Part shown: positions 39,101 through 52,981 of the stretch, one piece after another
Numbering within the stretch: position 1 is the stretch's first letter
Layout of the letters: each line of letters opens with the position of its first letter
Assembly: GCA_951406725.2 (NCBI GenBank)
Contig: OX597817.1
Coordinates: forward strand, 74,834,001-74,898,000
Direction: 5' to 3'
Source: Octopus vulgaris
Taxonomy: Eukaryota
DNA: 64,000 nt
Position numbers and translations under genes: made by a program
The notes under the pieces: model-generated
Database searches by the model: none
Told to the model about the DNA's origin: nothing
The model's input: only the letters and a program-made list of their open reading frames with translations

Positions 39101-42100
39101 GTTAACTAAAATTAGTGCCAGCCATATACTAAGGGTGATTCAGTCAACTATCATCCATCCCAGCAAATCTGTGCCTTTCTGCCAATGTTTAGGAATTATT
39201 GAAAACACTTAGGGAGTTTGTTTTCCAATCATACAGTTTCATGTTCAGTCCCATTGTGTGCCACTTTGGGTAAGTGTCTTCTTTCATAGTTCCAGGCTAA
39301 AATGCCTTGTGAGCAGATTTGGTAGGCAGTAACTGAAGTTCATTGTGTGTGTGTGTGTTAGTCATGGGTATGACTGCATCTAGTAGTGGAGCCTTGGTTC
39401 AGAAGTTCCAAGGTTTTCAGGAGTGTGGAACCACCTCTTAGCCACTATTGTTCCCTGGTCTGCTTTGACTTGGAGTAGTAGCATCTGTCAGCAAAGTGGA
39501 TCTGTTGAGAGGCTTAAAATATCTGGCAGAGTAAGATATGGCCTAGTTACCCTTATAGTTAATCAAGTAGTCTACAAGGGAGTCATAATGACTAAGAAGT
39601 ACAGTAGATTGCAGAATCACTAGAGCCCCAAGAGAAATTAAATAATTTTACATTCAATATCCATACTGGTAAGGGCTGAACGTGTCACCACTGTGAGTTC
39701 TTATTTTGAGTTATTGCCATTGGAGAGCCACACCTCACTTATGTGTTCCTTATTTGACATGGTTTCTATGGCTTACACCCTTCCAACCACCTTACAGAGC
39801 ATACCATGTGTATTTTATCGTGGAACCCGCACTATAGAGGTAGCCATGTCTTCAGCAAAGTACTGTAAGAAAATTCTTTGTCTTTTAAATTCTGACTGAA
39901 AATTCTACAAGAGCCAACTTTGCTTTTCATGCTTCAGGATGTCATGAAAATGACTACCAGTAATGGGTCAATTTAATTGACTGTATGGCTTCCTTCACAG
40001 CACTTGTTGTCTTGTACATATCTTGTGTATGACTATTATCAGTAGTATTATTAAGTTAATCCACTGTGTATATTGCAGTGTATTATCAGACAACTAAGTC
40101 CAGTGACATTATAACAATTTCTGGTTGGGTTTGTTCACCTTCACATACATTGTTAATGTCATTGGCAGCTTACCCCCACCTCTCACTCCACCCTTGTCAT
40201 TTTGTTGTTGTTTATCTCTAACAAGTAAGATAATGGCCTGGAGTTGATTATGAGTCAGTTTCTGTTTCCATTCTGAATCTTTTACGTTTATTTATTTTTA
40301 GCTGGAATGATTAACTGGACAGAATAGCTTCCATTACATCAACATAGTTTCAGTGGTAGACTTTGATCTAGTGACATTTGACTTTTTAGTCCTGTGCTTT
40401 AAAGATATGGTAACTACTCTCTTCTATCACACACGCACTTGTATGCATTCACACACTCACACACACGCATGCATACAAAAGGATGAAGAATAAATATAAA
40501 TTTAACTTTTGCTCTGGTACAGAATAAAATTCAGTTGTTTTGATGTTTCATCCTCTGAAGAATGTATCAATGATGATCAATTTCATTGTGTTCAGTTAGA
40601 TGGGGGGGAAATGGAAGTTAAGATGTCTGTGTGTTTTCTGGTGGGATGAGCTCCCTACATGAAGTAAAACAGGCACCAACTGGCAATTGTAACTATATCC
40701 CAGTGTTACTCCACCAGAAACTAAGCCTTTACTGTATGGTACTCACACATGTGTGTGCACACAAATTTCTAATGTGTGTAACTGATCTCATAGCTGTATG
40801 GTCTTGTGTAATGTTAAGGGAGTGTGGAATAGTATTTAAGAACATTGAAATCTGAATTAGAGATAAAGGTCTTTCCTTCAAAATCGAGCTTAAGAGCTTT
40901 GTAAGTGACTATGCTAATCAGTTGGGTGTACCTTTTCTGGGTGCAGTTCTAGGACATCTATAAATGTAGCAGCAGCACCATCCCAGATACAGAAAGAATA
41001 TACTTCATTGTGGACTTCACTTGAGCTTTGCAGAATATCAATAATTGTTGGGGATTGAAATATTTTCTGAGAAGGGCCAGTTGTTTGGATGCAGTCCAAG
41101 TTATGTTAAGGATGGGTTTTAGCTAGAAGCAATCCTTGGTGATAGTGAGACCCAATATCTAGGGTCATTGTGAGAGTTCTAATGAAGTACTGGCTCATGG
41201 TTGCATGGCAGGTGTTTTCTTGATAGCAGTAACATTTGAACCAAAAGCAAATATTACAAACTGGAACCAGAGTAACATTTAAATGACCTAGTGACATTCT
41301 GACTTGGTTATTCACTATGAATTGACCAATGATGAATTGGCATGGTGCCAAGTTGTCTGAGCAATAAATTGACTGACAAATTGATCAGCAAGGAAGTGAC
41401 TGTTGACAAATTGTCTCAGCACCATTTAGCTAATGTCTTTCTTCATCAAGGTCATGATCAGCATATATAATTAGGGTGAGCTCATTCATTAAAATTCACA
41501 ATACCTATTAAATAAACTTAAATTTGACCAAACATTAATTTGATAAAGTTATATATTTGTATATTTATCTTTGAAATAGCATTCTACCTATTAAAAGTTA
41601 TACAGCTTTCAGACATCTATCTTTTATTGGTGTTACTTTAGCATGTGGTCTACAACAGTATCTGTAGTCTACACTGTGAAGTGACCTGATCTGTGTTAGT
41701 ATTAGGGTTAAAGCATGTTAAAGTGTAAATGGTTAGGTAGACCACATGATAAAGTGGCACCTTTTTATCTTTTGCTTGTTTCAGTCATTGGATTATGGCC
41801 ATGCTTGGGCACTGCTTTGAAAGATTTTGTTGAATAAATCAACCTCAGTACATTTTATTTTTTTCATGCCTGGTACTTATTTCATCATTGTCTTTTACTG
41901 AATCTCTAAGTTATGGGGGTTGTAAACAAACAACACCAGTCGTCAAGCAGTGGTGGGGGTGAAACACAAAGACTTACACGCATGCACACACACACACACA
42001 CACACTTCTTTCAGTTTTGTTCTACCAAATTCACTCACAAGGCTTTGGTCAGTCCAGGACTTCAGTAGAAGACACCCAAGGTTCCATGATCTGGGATTGA

Positions 42101-43067
42101 ACCCAAGACCACATGGTTGAGATGCAAGCATCTTAACCACATAGCCACATCTATATTTTATTTATTATTTGCAAATAAAGGAAAAAGGAAATAAAATATT
42201 TCCTGACTCATTTTCAATTAAAAAATGAAAATCTGTTGGATATGTTGCACAGGAGTCTATCTTGTATTCAACATTTCTGTCGACCATAACCAACATACAA
42301 ACTGTTTTTTTCTTCTTCTTCAAGAAGTAAATCTTCTGTTCATAAAAGTGAGAAGGAAAAAAAAGGTTGATGTAGTTAGTTATTTTATTGTATCTTTAAG
42401 ATATTAGTTTCTACTTGCTGTATTTAAAAATAGATACAAAGCTCCTGAGTTTTGCGAAGCCACCTGCAGCAGGTAATATGTAATGTTACCTCTTATTTAT
42501 AACACTATATAAACAGGAGCTACAGGATTTATGGTTGTGAAATAAATAAATACATAAAAATTCTCTTTTCCTGTAGTTCCCTCACAAAAAAATGACCTTC
42601 TTTCTAGGTTCACCACTTTCTTAATGTGGTTGCGAATTTTACATAAAATTCTCTTTCTTTTATGTCGATACAAGTCAGGTGTTTTTATTTCGTTGTCCTT
42701 TTGTTTTTGATTTCAGTCTTCCCTGATTTGGCATTTTCTTTGACCTACATCCATCCTACTGTTGTTATGTAATGATATTAAAATTTTTACATTAATTCTC
42801 AGAGCTTCTAATCCTTTGCTCCATTTCCTTTCACCATAATATTTTCTTAGTCTGTTATTTCCATTTAGTTTGTCCCTTTGGATGTTATGCATAATATATC
42901 AGACAGATTTTGTCTGAATCAAAAGAAATCAAATTCTGATCCACACATAAGTAATGAAGCCAGTACATACTCCAAGATTTTAAAATGATTGAAAGTGCTT
43001 CAATTAATCAAATGTAGTTTTAAAATGTAAGACTTCACACCATGTAGCATTTACTGTTATCATGACT

Positions 43068-43069
<2 letters not shown>

Positions 43070-43103
<34 letters not shown>

Positions 43104-43207
43104 GTAATAATAATAATAAAAGTAATAATAATAATAGTAATAATAATAATAATAATAAAAGTAATAATAATAATAGTAATAATAATAATAATAATAATTA
43201 TAATAAC
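43070..43207. repeat. Compound (AAT)n microsatellite with periodic AAAAGT/AGT interruptions
   Basis: Read directly from the sequence. It explains the poly-Ile ORFs on both strands. Confidence 0.95.
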
Positions 43208-46200
43208 TTTTCTGTTCATTATGTGCAATAATGTTCAGCTGGCAGCATTATTCTAATCTTTTTGTTTCTGGCAAAAAACTGAAGAAAGCAAGGGGAAATT
43301 CCTGTATGAGCAAGGGAGTGGTTGTGGTGGGTAACATTAGTAAACTGTCAGATATTACTATAATTGAAGCTCTGCTTGATAAACTAGATATTGATCCCCG
43401 CCTCCCCATAAAAAAATAAAATAAAATAAAATAAAATAAATGAAATATTTAGCAGTTAGTAGCCATCATGTTTTCAAGGTTATTGTAGATATATAAAATA
43501 CACATATGTGCATAAACAGTGAATATTTCTATTAATAGTTCATATCCATTTGTATCCATTCTACTTGTTAGTTAAAGTGAAGGGGAAGAGAACCATGAAT
43601 TAAGTGTAACCAATACATTCATGATTAAATACATAAATGTTTTAATTGCAGCAGTGGAATTTCATTGAAATTCTGATTTTTAGACATAATATCTTATTAA
43701 TAGATGACCTTGATTTTATTATCAGCTGCCATAGAAACCAAATCCTATGTTTGTTTCAAAATCATCTCCTGCTTTATATCATGTTCTATTACTAGATTAG
43801 TTGTTTCCGCATTTGTATATATTTATATATGTATGTATCTCTATATACATACATATCCTGTATGCTTTGTATTTAGTAAAGAAATTCTTAATTTCCGTGG
43901 GTGTCCCGTGTTCTGCTCTTTCTTAAAAAAACTTCATTAGCTTGTTATATGTAGTTAACTCACTCTAAATGACTGCTGTTGTTGGTCTGCTTAGATTCAT
44001 GGCAGAGGAAAAGAGAAAATTAGATGATTGATTTACTTTATAACAAGCAGCCTACAAACCAAGCATCTTAGTATATGATATGCTCCAATATGGTCTGGAA
44101 CTGCCAATGTAGTAGCCCAAACTTTCTCAATGAGCTCTCTAGCATTTTTTAGAATTAGTATCACATATTTACATCATAAATCATAAAGCTGTTGAAATCA
44201 CTTCCTTCTGTTCCAGCATTTGGTTTTTTTTTATCAATTCCAATTAATCAAAATGTTGTTTCTTCTGCAGTGGAAGTAATTTTATTGTTAATAAATCTTT
44301 ATTAATGATGTATCCCAAAGCAAAATTCAGCTATGAATAATAGCTTACATTGATTTAAAGACCCCTTTGGGGGAAGAAGACAAAAAAAATAAAAGGAAAA
44401 CAGAAAAAAACAGTTAAAAGTTGCCTGCAAGAATCATGCACCCTCTGTTAGATAGTGTTAGCTTATCTCCCAACCTCTCTCTCTCTCTGTCTCACACGCA
44501 CACACAGTTGCTCTGATTTAAGATCAAAATCTTAGAAGTCTTGATAAAGACATTTAACACACATGCACGCATGCTCTTTCATCTCTTTCTTGCCCCCCAC
44601 CCCCGTCTCTCATATGTCACCTGTAAACTTTTGAGAAATTTGTTCTATACTTTTGCATTTATTAATTATAAAGACAGGTTGAACTCAAAACTTGTTATTG
44701 TTGGCTCATTCTGACCGTATCACAGTCCAAAACACTAATTGCTATAACGAAACATTATGTCAGAAGCATAAAGATTTTTATACTTTGCTTTTAGCTATGG
44801 CAGGCAATATGAGAGCAATATACATGTTACACTGAGTCTTTTCATCTTGATGTATGTATTTATACAAAATCAATGCCTACTACACAACAGTGATGATCAT
44901 AGACTAGCTGTTTGACAGTGACTTGTACTGGTGTAAATAAGTTGTGAAAATAGCTTTAACAAGTTTGCTGTTAATGTGTGTGCTAGTAGCTAGGCCGATC
45001 TGCTTGCACTTAATAGTCTACTTGTACTATATGGTAATCTATTAAGAATATGTACTTCCACATGGAAGTAGAGAAAGGTCAACTGACAAAGAATGATGTC
45101 ACCAACCAACCAACCAACAGGTAGTGCTTGTGTCCTTTTCAACTTAACCCTGTGATGCTAAAAACTCTGTCATAGCAGGCAGTCCATCAGTCTGTATAAC
45201 AGTCTTTTTCTGCTCTCTTGTTACTTTAGCTACTGGGTACATGCTATCTGGTTTTCCTTCTACGTTAATTGCTATATTATATCTTGTAGTCTTGAAAATG
45301 GTTTATTAAAACGAATAACTTATTAATTGCAGATTATGTAGGCATAAAGGTTGTATTTTAGAAGTGATAATAGTAGTATAATATTTTGAAGTCAGCTATT
45401 AATTATATATTTATTCTGTTTCATTTCATTTATTTATTTTTTTTTTTTTTTGCACTAGCTGTTGTGTTTGAATAAACTCCTTTACTTACAAATGCTTGGT
45501 TACTAAACGTTATTTTTACCTCTGCCAATCGTTACCTGATTACACAGTTTTATAAAGAATACTTGAGATGTAGTCTACATAGATAAAAATAGGGCATTTG
45601 CCAAGTTTGGTACAACAATAACAACATTCAACTCCTCATCACCAAGACCTCTGTGTAATGATATTTATAATTTAAACAGTTTGTTCACAAAAAGATTTTT
45701 TAAAATTTCAACCCTTTTATTTTATTTTCTAATTCATGACACATTTCATAAATACTCTAAATGAGTTCTTGCTAGCTGATACTCACCCAATCAACCAAGA
45801 CAAATGTTACATATTGTTAGTACTTTAGTAGCTCTAGTAATTAGATGCTGAGGGAGTCGGGGAGTAATAGCAATGGCAAAACATTGAACTAAATACCTTC
45901 TGTATTTAGTTTCAAAGTGCAAATCCTGATGGGGTTGTATTTGCAAGGTCAATAAAGTTAGTACCAGGCACATACTGACTCAGTTCTCTTTATCAACAGT
46001 AATCTTTTCCTCCCTATTAATTTCTGACTTTGTGCCAACATGAAAGATATTGGTTAAATATTGGTTTCAAATTTTGGTCCAAGGCCAGCAATTCAGGGGA
46101 AGGGTTAAGTCGACTACATTGACCCCAGAAGGATGAAAGGCAAAGTTAACCCCTGGCAGGCATTTGAACTCAGAACGTGAAGACAAACAGAATGCTGCTA

Positions 46201-47416
46201 AGCATTTTGCAAAGCATGCTCAAGACTCTACGATCTTGCTGCTTAATATTGATTAAATATTAATGTTCAATCTAATTTAACCATCAAGTGAAATTATGTA
46301 ACTTACATAAGGTGAATAAAATATTCATTATGAAGCAGACTGCATGAGACTTGGCTTATCATCAGTTGGGCATACTACTAAAAAAAAATTCAGGGTAATG
46401 TTTCATTAGGTGTTCCATGCACCGCAAATTGCCCATGGCTATTATAAACTGACATTGAATGGTTTGCTCTAGTCAAATCATTTATGCAAAATAGACAGTA
46501 TATCATAAAACCTGCAGTGCTTCAATTTCTTTCATTCTGAATATCCTGTAAGTCAGAAACCCAGTCCTGTAATGATTCTGTTACTGATCAGAGATGAATG
46601 GGAGAGAGAGAGAGAGAAATTAGCTGTTTCCCTTATATTAGAGTTTTCCTCACTTCCTTCAAAATGAATGTAAAGAAGCTTTGTACAATTCTTATGATAC
46701 TTTGCATTTCATAACTGGCTCACTGATACAGCCCTATAAGATACCATGTGGTATAGTTAGGAGTTAATTTTAAGCAATGTGACTTAGGTAGGTTAGACAG
46801 ACATTCTGGGAGGAAGATGTTGAAACTGAAACCTCTTTTTGTTAAATATGTGGTATATTGGTAGTCCTGTCAGATACCATTTTATTGTTATAGTCCGTTT
46901 GTCTATATTTCAATATTTATTTAATATCCTGTTTTTTTAAAGCACCCCCATCCTTCATAATGTTATTGTCTATAAATTGCATATCTCTTGAGCCTGGTAA
47001 CACAAACATTGTTCGTGTAAATTACAGCTTCTGCTTTAAGTATAGTCAGGTACAAATCTGCTTTCAGCTGGCCATATTCTTTTCCTTGTTTTCAATGATT
47101 GAACTGCTGTATTACTTATCATTTTAGCCTGGTACTTATTACTATTTGTCAAACTGCTAAGTTAAGGAACAACATGAAGACACACACAAAGGCTGATATA
47201 TGCACACATACATGTGCATGCACACACTCACAAATGTGTACATGGTTGATTTACATACATTTTCCTTCTACCAATTTCACACAGACATTTTCCTTCTACC
47301 AATTTCACTCACAAACTGTTGATCAGCTGAAGCTAATTTCCTAAGATACCATGCAGTGGGATTGAGCCTGAAACCATGAAGTTGCAAAGTGAACTTCATA
47401 ACCACTTGACCATGTC

Positions 47417-47624
47417 CATATTTACTTGATGGCATATAAGATGTGCATGTTTTACAATAAAGAAAATCTCCAAAAAACAAAAATCATCCTGCATCTTATA
47501 TGCAAAGTTGGCCCTGTATATTATATGCTTTAATGCACTAAAATCTTTTTTCTCCTGAATATGCACTGCTGAAATTAGGGTGCACCTAATATACCTGTGT
47601 GTCTTTTATGCTATCAAATACAGT
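47417..47624. mobile_element. pogo/Tigger-like MITE
   Basis: Imperfect inverted ends catattt..tgatggcatataagatg / gtcttttatgctatcaaatacagta. A related end is near 9762. Confidence 0.45.
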
Positions 47625-50600
47625 ATATGAGTATAGTTATATTATTTTGTGTCTGTTGTTTGATGAGATTTTATGGTTGTTTATCAGTTTATTCACTGAT
47701 AAGAAAATAAGAGAGATCACTAGCTATCTTCATCCTGTTTATATTGTTTGTAACCCATTATAACATAGTTTGATATTATCAAGAACAATTTGTTATAAAA
47801 ATATGGCTGCAGCTATGTTATGTCTTGATACATAAACATGTTCCCATTTTGGCTGTTCAATTAGCAATGACCTAATACTAGTATCTTATACTAAATACCA
47901 TTTGTAATACTACCAAACATTAACAGGTAGAACCAACAAATCCGTGCCAGTTTGAAAGAACAGATGTTATAAATAAATGCATGAGGTCACTTTATGAAGA
48001 GCCAGTCTCTCTTTCTCTCTCTCTCTCTCTCTCTAGTTGTATGGCTTGGAAGATCACTTTACAATAACATAATTACCAATTTGATCTTATTTGCATGTCA
48101 ACTGAGCAGGTGTCTTCTGCTATATCTTTGGATGGATTGACCTAAACTTTGAGAATGAAATTGGGTAGACAAAAATTGTCAGGAGCTTGTTGATAGAGTC
48201 CACTCTGGTCAAACATAAGGTCCAGGTCTCCAATTTGAGGACAATAACATCCAGTACACACAGTAAAGTGGTTGGTGTTAGGAAGGCATCCAGCTGTAGA
48301 AACCATACCAAAGCAGACATCGGATCACAATACAGTTCTTGGACCTATTGGATCCTGTCTGACCATCCAGTCCATGCCAGCATGGGAACAGGCATATTTA
48401 ATGATAACAGTGATGATGTTTCACAAGTCTCAGAGACCCTCCAATAAAGTCCTGGGTACTGTCTTACTTCCATTGACGAATCTATACTTCATATACTCCT
48501 CCCTGGCTATATACACCTCCATCCCTATCTCTAACCATCTGTCACTCTCCTTTCACACTCTTACAAACTACCTATGGATCCATCCTTTCAGATCCTCTGT
48601 CCATATTCTTTATTATTTTCACCTTGTACCTCAAGATACAAGAAAGTGAATATCACCACCATCTCTTTTTTCTCTTTCTGTATTTCCTCTATGCCAAGAC
48701 ATATGTTCCTGTCCCTTTATCATATTTTAACCTCTTAATATCTATCATAAAACCACTCCCTCAATGCTATACCCCAACTAAGTTGAGTGAGTTGCTTGGT
48801 GACCTCACTAGTGCCTGTGCCAGAAAAAAAGCACCCAATACACTCTGTAAGGAGGTTGACATAGGAAGGACACCCAGCAGGCCCTGGAGCTCGATGCAGT
48901 CCCACCTTTGCCAGTATGGAAGATGGATGTTAATCTTCATATATTGTATACAGTGATATGTACTTTTATATATTGCTGTGTACTATCACAATAATGATTT
49001 AAGTTGCTAACACAGGTTCTAATATTGATTTATATGAATCCTCATCTGCATACTTAAACCCATACAGCTACTCTTTCATTCTGTGTCTTGCTATCTCTCT
49101 CTTGTTTGATTGAAATAGTTTCCATTTTGTCCAGATGTATAATTTAAGCCCAACCCTTGTTGGTTATGTTAGCCAGATTGGATTTCTTGTTGTTTCTCTT
49201 TGCTAATCAAAAGTTGGTTAGTTTCTTTTCACAGCTCCTATAACCCAGTATATTAGAAATATACTTACAAACCAAATACAGGTACACTACCGTTTTTCTA
49301 GCAACTGATGGTTCAGCAACTCCTTCATTCTGGATAAATCACGAGATGGAAACTTGGAATTCCTGTGGCTGCCAGTCTAGTTCACTGCATAACCATTAGC
49401 AGTGTTTTACCATGTGTTTACGTGTATTATTTACACTGCACTTGTTAGTGGTGATACCAAATTTTGAGAGATCCTCTGCTTATGTAGCTTAAATTTGCCC
49501 TTAATTGTGGCTGCTACATGTAAGATAATCGAGATCATCATTGGTAGTGTCAAATATAAACTCCAATCTGTATTAATCCAAGATAAAATAAAACTGTTCC
49601 AAAAAAAAAAATGGACTGTGGTATTTTGGTTTCTAAGCACTGTGACATGATTAGTAATTAGTGTAATTAATAGGTTACAGGTGTGTTGATGAATTATTAT
49701 TATATAAATATGAATGGCCCAGCAAAATGGTTAATCTGTCAAGGCTTTGGAACCAAGGATACTGGATAATTGGTAGAGTTTATGTATTTCACTCTTTGTC
49801 TTCTGGTAATATTAAATAGCTTCTGCTTTACAATTGTAATTTCATATTAATAAAAACAAGAAAATGGTTCAATATTTATATTTGAAACTTGCTATATGAA
49901 ATTTGAGATATTATTATCAATGCCAGTGTGCAAGTATTGGGTTGTGAACATAATCTGTCACCTGGTTTAAGGGTGCCTTTAACAAAATACATTCTTTTTC
50001 GTAGGTATGACTTTAAAATGCATCCAATAGTGGGGTCTTCATTTAGGAGTTCCAAGGTTTTTGAGGAGTATGGTGTCATCTCTTAACCACTGTTGTTCCC
50101 AGATCTACTCTGACTTGGAGTAGTAACACTTGTCAGGGTCCCAGCTATAGGTTAATTAGCATATTAGGGATTGCCGACCTGTGCATGTGAAGATTGGATC
50201 CAGCAGACTCTGCAGAAGAAACTTTCATGGCTCAGTGGAGGGGAAGGCTGCTGCAGTAATGCATTGTAGAGTGCAGAGAGCAGGATGAGGCAAGTAAGAT
50301 ATCTTGGTCCTCCACTGCATCCCTCTCCATCCCCAGTCATTTTGGCCTGGTCTTACCATTGGATTAAATATGGTCATGGACAAGAATGTGAGGCTGATAG
50401 TGCACAACTCTTCTTCACTTTAAACAAAGTCACTGCACAAGTCATCAGTCAATCTTAAGGATGGCTAAATGGTTCTCCTTATTCTGACAGATGAGCATGA
50501 TCATGACATTCTGTTGCAAGCAGGTTCTTGATTTAAAAATAAGTTCCAGTAGCTCCAGAATAGTCAGGTCCCCTTCCTCTGTAGATTAAACTATAAAAAT

Positions 50601-51425
50601 TTTTTTTAAAAAGTCACTGATTTCTAATTTATTTTATGGACGCTCTTTAACTCAGACATGTTCTCTATGCATGAGTGGGAGTAATGTGTGTGTGTACATT
50701 TTTCATTAGATGAATGGAAAGGTGGTGGGAGGGTGCACAAAAGGAAAAGTGCAATTAACCTGGGTTTAAATGAGCTTGGCCAGGCTTCTCATATTTTGTG
50801 GATTGTCTAAATAGAATTTTGAAGAATTAGCAAAAAATAATGTTGAACTAAATCCAAGCTTTGCAGAAGAGTAATTAATTATTGTCAACTTAATTTTCAC
50901 ATGATCCACTGAGTTTCAGGATAGTTAGCTTGGTTGGTTGGCAGGCTGGTAGGAAAACAATGTTCCTCAGAAGCAAAATATACAAAGAAAAACAAATTTT
51001 ATTCAAATAGTTTATATTTTAATAATAATAATAATAATAAAGCTCCCTTTCTCCATCTCCCTCTTCCTAATAATAATAATGGTGATGATGATGATGATGA
51101 TAGGAAGAGGGAACAACTGTTATCGACCAACCATGCATGCATTCTCTTCTCTTTGTCTGTTTCAGCTCTTCTCTTGCAGGTCATCATAAATTAAAGCCCT
51201 CTTCTTAATGTTCAGCATTTTCTATTAAGCTACTACTCTCTATCAAGATCGATGATTACAAAAAGTTAATCAATATTTTCTGTAAAGTTTTCTTTTTTCC
51301 TGTTTTTTTTTTGTTTTGATTTGTTTTTGCTCTTATCATTTTCTCCTGTCTACTTACTTGAAATTTTTTTGTTTTTTAATTATATTCTTTATCTCTATCT
51401 CTTTTTCTCTCTCTCTCTTCCATAG

Positions 51426-51448
51426 GTATAGCTTTCACAGACTTACCT
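51426..51448 (+). CDS. RANBP9: RanBP9/10 23-nt microexon: (G)IAFTDLP
   Basis: Long pyrimidine tract then catag|GTATAGCTTTCACAGACTTACCT|gtaagt. It supplies the conserved GIAFTDLP and bridges phase 1 to phase 0. Confidence 0.92.
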
Positions 51449-52118
51449 GTAAGTATTTTTCCTGTTTTTTTAATATTTGTTAATTGCATCACATTTGACA
51501 AATAAATCTTTTATTGTAATTCTTCTTCTTTCTTTTTTTTTATGTATTCATGCTCATAAATAAAATGTTAATCAAGGTTGGATAGTTTCTTCAAAACTAA
51601 AAATGTTGCTACTGCTTTTAGCATTAAATGCACTCCATAATATTTAATGACCCAGTGGTAAAAATCTCACATTGCATGAAGTGAGTTCAATTAAGAAAAA
51701 AAAAAAAAAAAAAAAAGTATTTCTATCAGAATTGAACTTGTGACCTTTAGGTATGTAGCTCTATTCAATAATATATAACCTTACCATGGAACATACTCAA
51801 AACCACTTCACTGCAGTATTTTCCTAACCCATTTTCAGAAAGAAATAAAAAAAGCAAAACCTGTTGGATGACAGCAATGCAGATATTTTAACTATTTATT
51901 TGTATTTATATTTGTAAATATAAATTTTTATTATTCAGTCTTTCATGTAATAGTAGTCTGCAAAAATATGGGGTCAGTATATTTAAGCAAAGCCAAGCTA
52001 GACCATTCTATTAAGCAAGACTGTTCCGTCAAGCATGACCATTCCATCAAACAACTCTACCAGACTGTTTGCCAGTGCAGCTGATAGAAAAGAGATAGTT
52101 ATAAAGATGCAACTGTCT

Positions 52119-52157
<39 letters not shown>

Positions 52158-52460
52158 ACAACTGCATATTAGAGTAATTATTAACAGAAGTATTAGTGTA
52201 CCCAATGGAAACTAATTCTAATTGTTATTTAACATGTAAATAGTTAAATATGTAAGAAATTAGCAGTTTATCATTGTCATCATGATCATCATATGCCTGT
52301 TTTCCATGTTGGCATAGGTTAGATGGTTTGACAGGAGCTGGCAAGCCAGGGAACTACATCTGGCTCCAATTGTCTGTATTGGCATGGTTTCTACAGCTAG
52401 ATACCCTTCCTAATGCCAGACACCTTAGAGAATGTACTGGGTGCTTTTTACATGGCACCA

Positions 52461-52491
<31 letters not shown>

Positions 52492-52579
52492 GTTAATCCA
52501 AAGAGAAAACACAACAATGCGAGGATGTGGAACAAGTATAGTGTTATTGGATGCTCAGGAAAAGAAAGAAAAAAGGAGG

Positions 52580-52614
52580 ATTTAACGTTTCGAGCGGAGC
52601 TCTTCGTCAGAAAC
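52580..52614 (-). ncRNA. Minimal type I hammerhead ribozyme motif (Penelope/retrozyme-type)
   Basis: Minus strand reads GUUU CUGACGA A GAGC UCC GCUC GAAA CGUU AAAU: intact CUGANGA and GAAA boxes, 4-bp stem II, palindromic AACGUU stem III and a GUU cleavage triplet. Confidence 0.75.
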
Positions 52615-52981
52615 AGAGAAAAAGGAAAGATCCAAGGAAGGGAAGACTGAAGATAAAAACCGACAACGATACACATGCGGTCACATATTGAATGTGGTCA
52701 AGAGAGTGAAGGAAGGAACAGATGGTGGCACGGATGAGGAGGCGGGAAGTGCAGGCGAGGGTGGGCTCGATGAGGGGGGAGGAATAGGGGTGGCGTGGAA
52801 CTTCAAGAGGAAGCTATTGGGTGTGATGTGATAACAGAGACAATGGCTAAGAAAAGAGAGATGGCTAGAGTAGCAAGTTTTTTTTATATATATGGTTCAA
52901 ATGTATAGAAAACAAAAGAGAAAGACAGGTGTGGGAACAAGCATGTGTAATTAACTTGATGCTCGGGAAGAATGGAAAAGT

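Noticed and set aside
43004-43256. Poly-Ile ORFs on both strands
   Set aside because: They are translations of an (AAT)n microsatellite.
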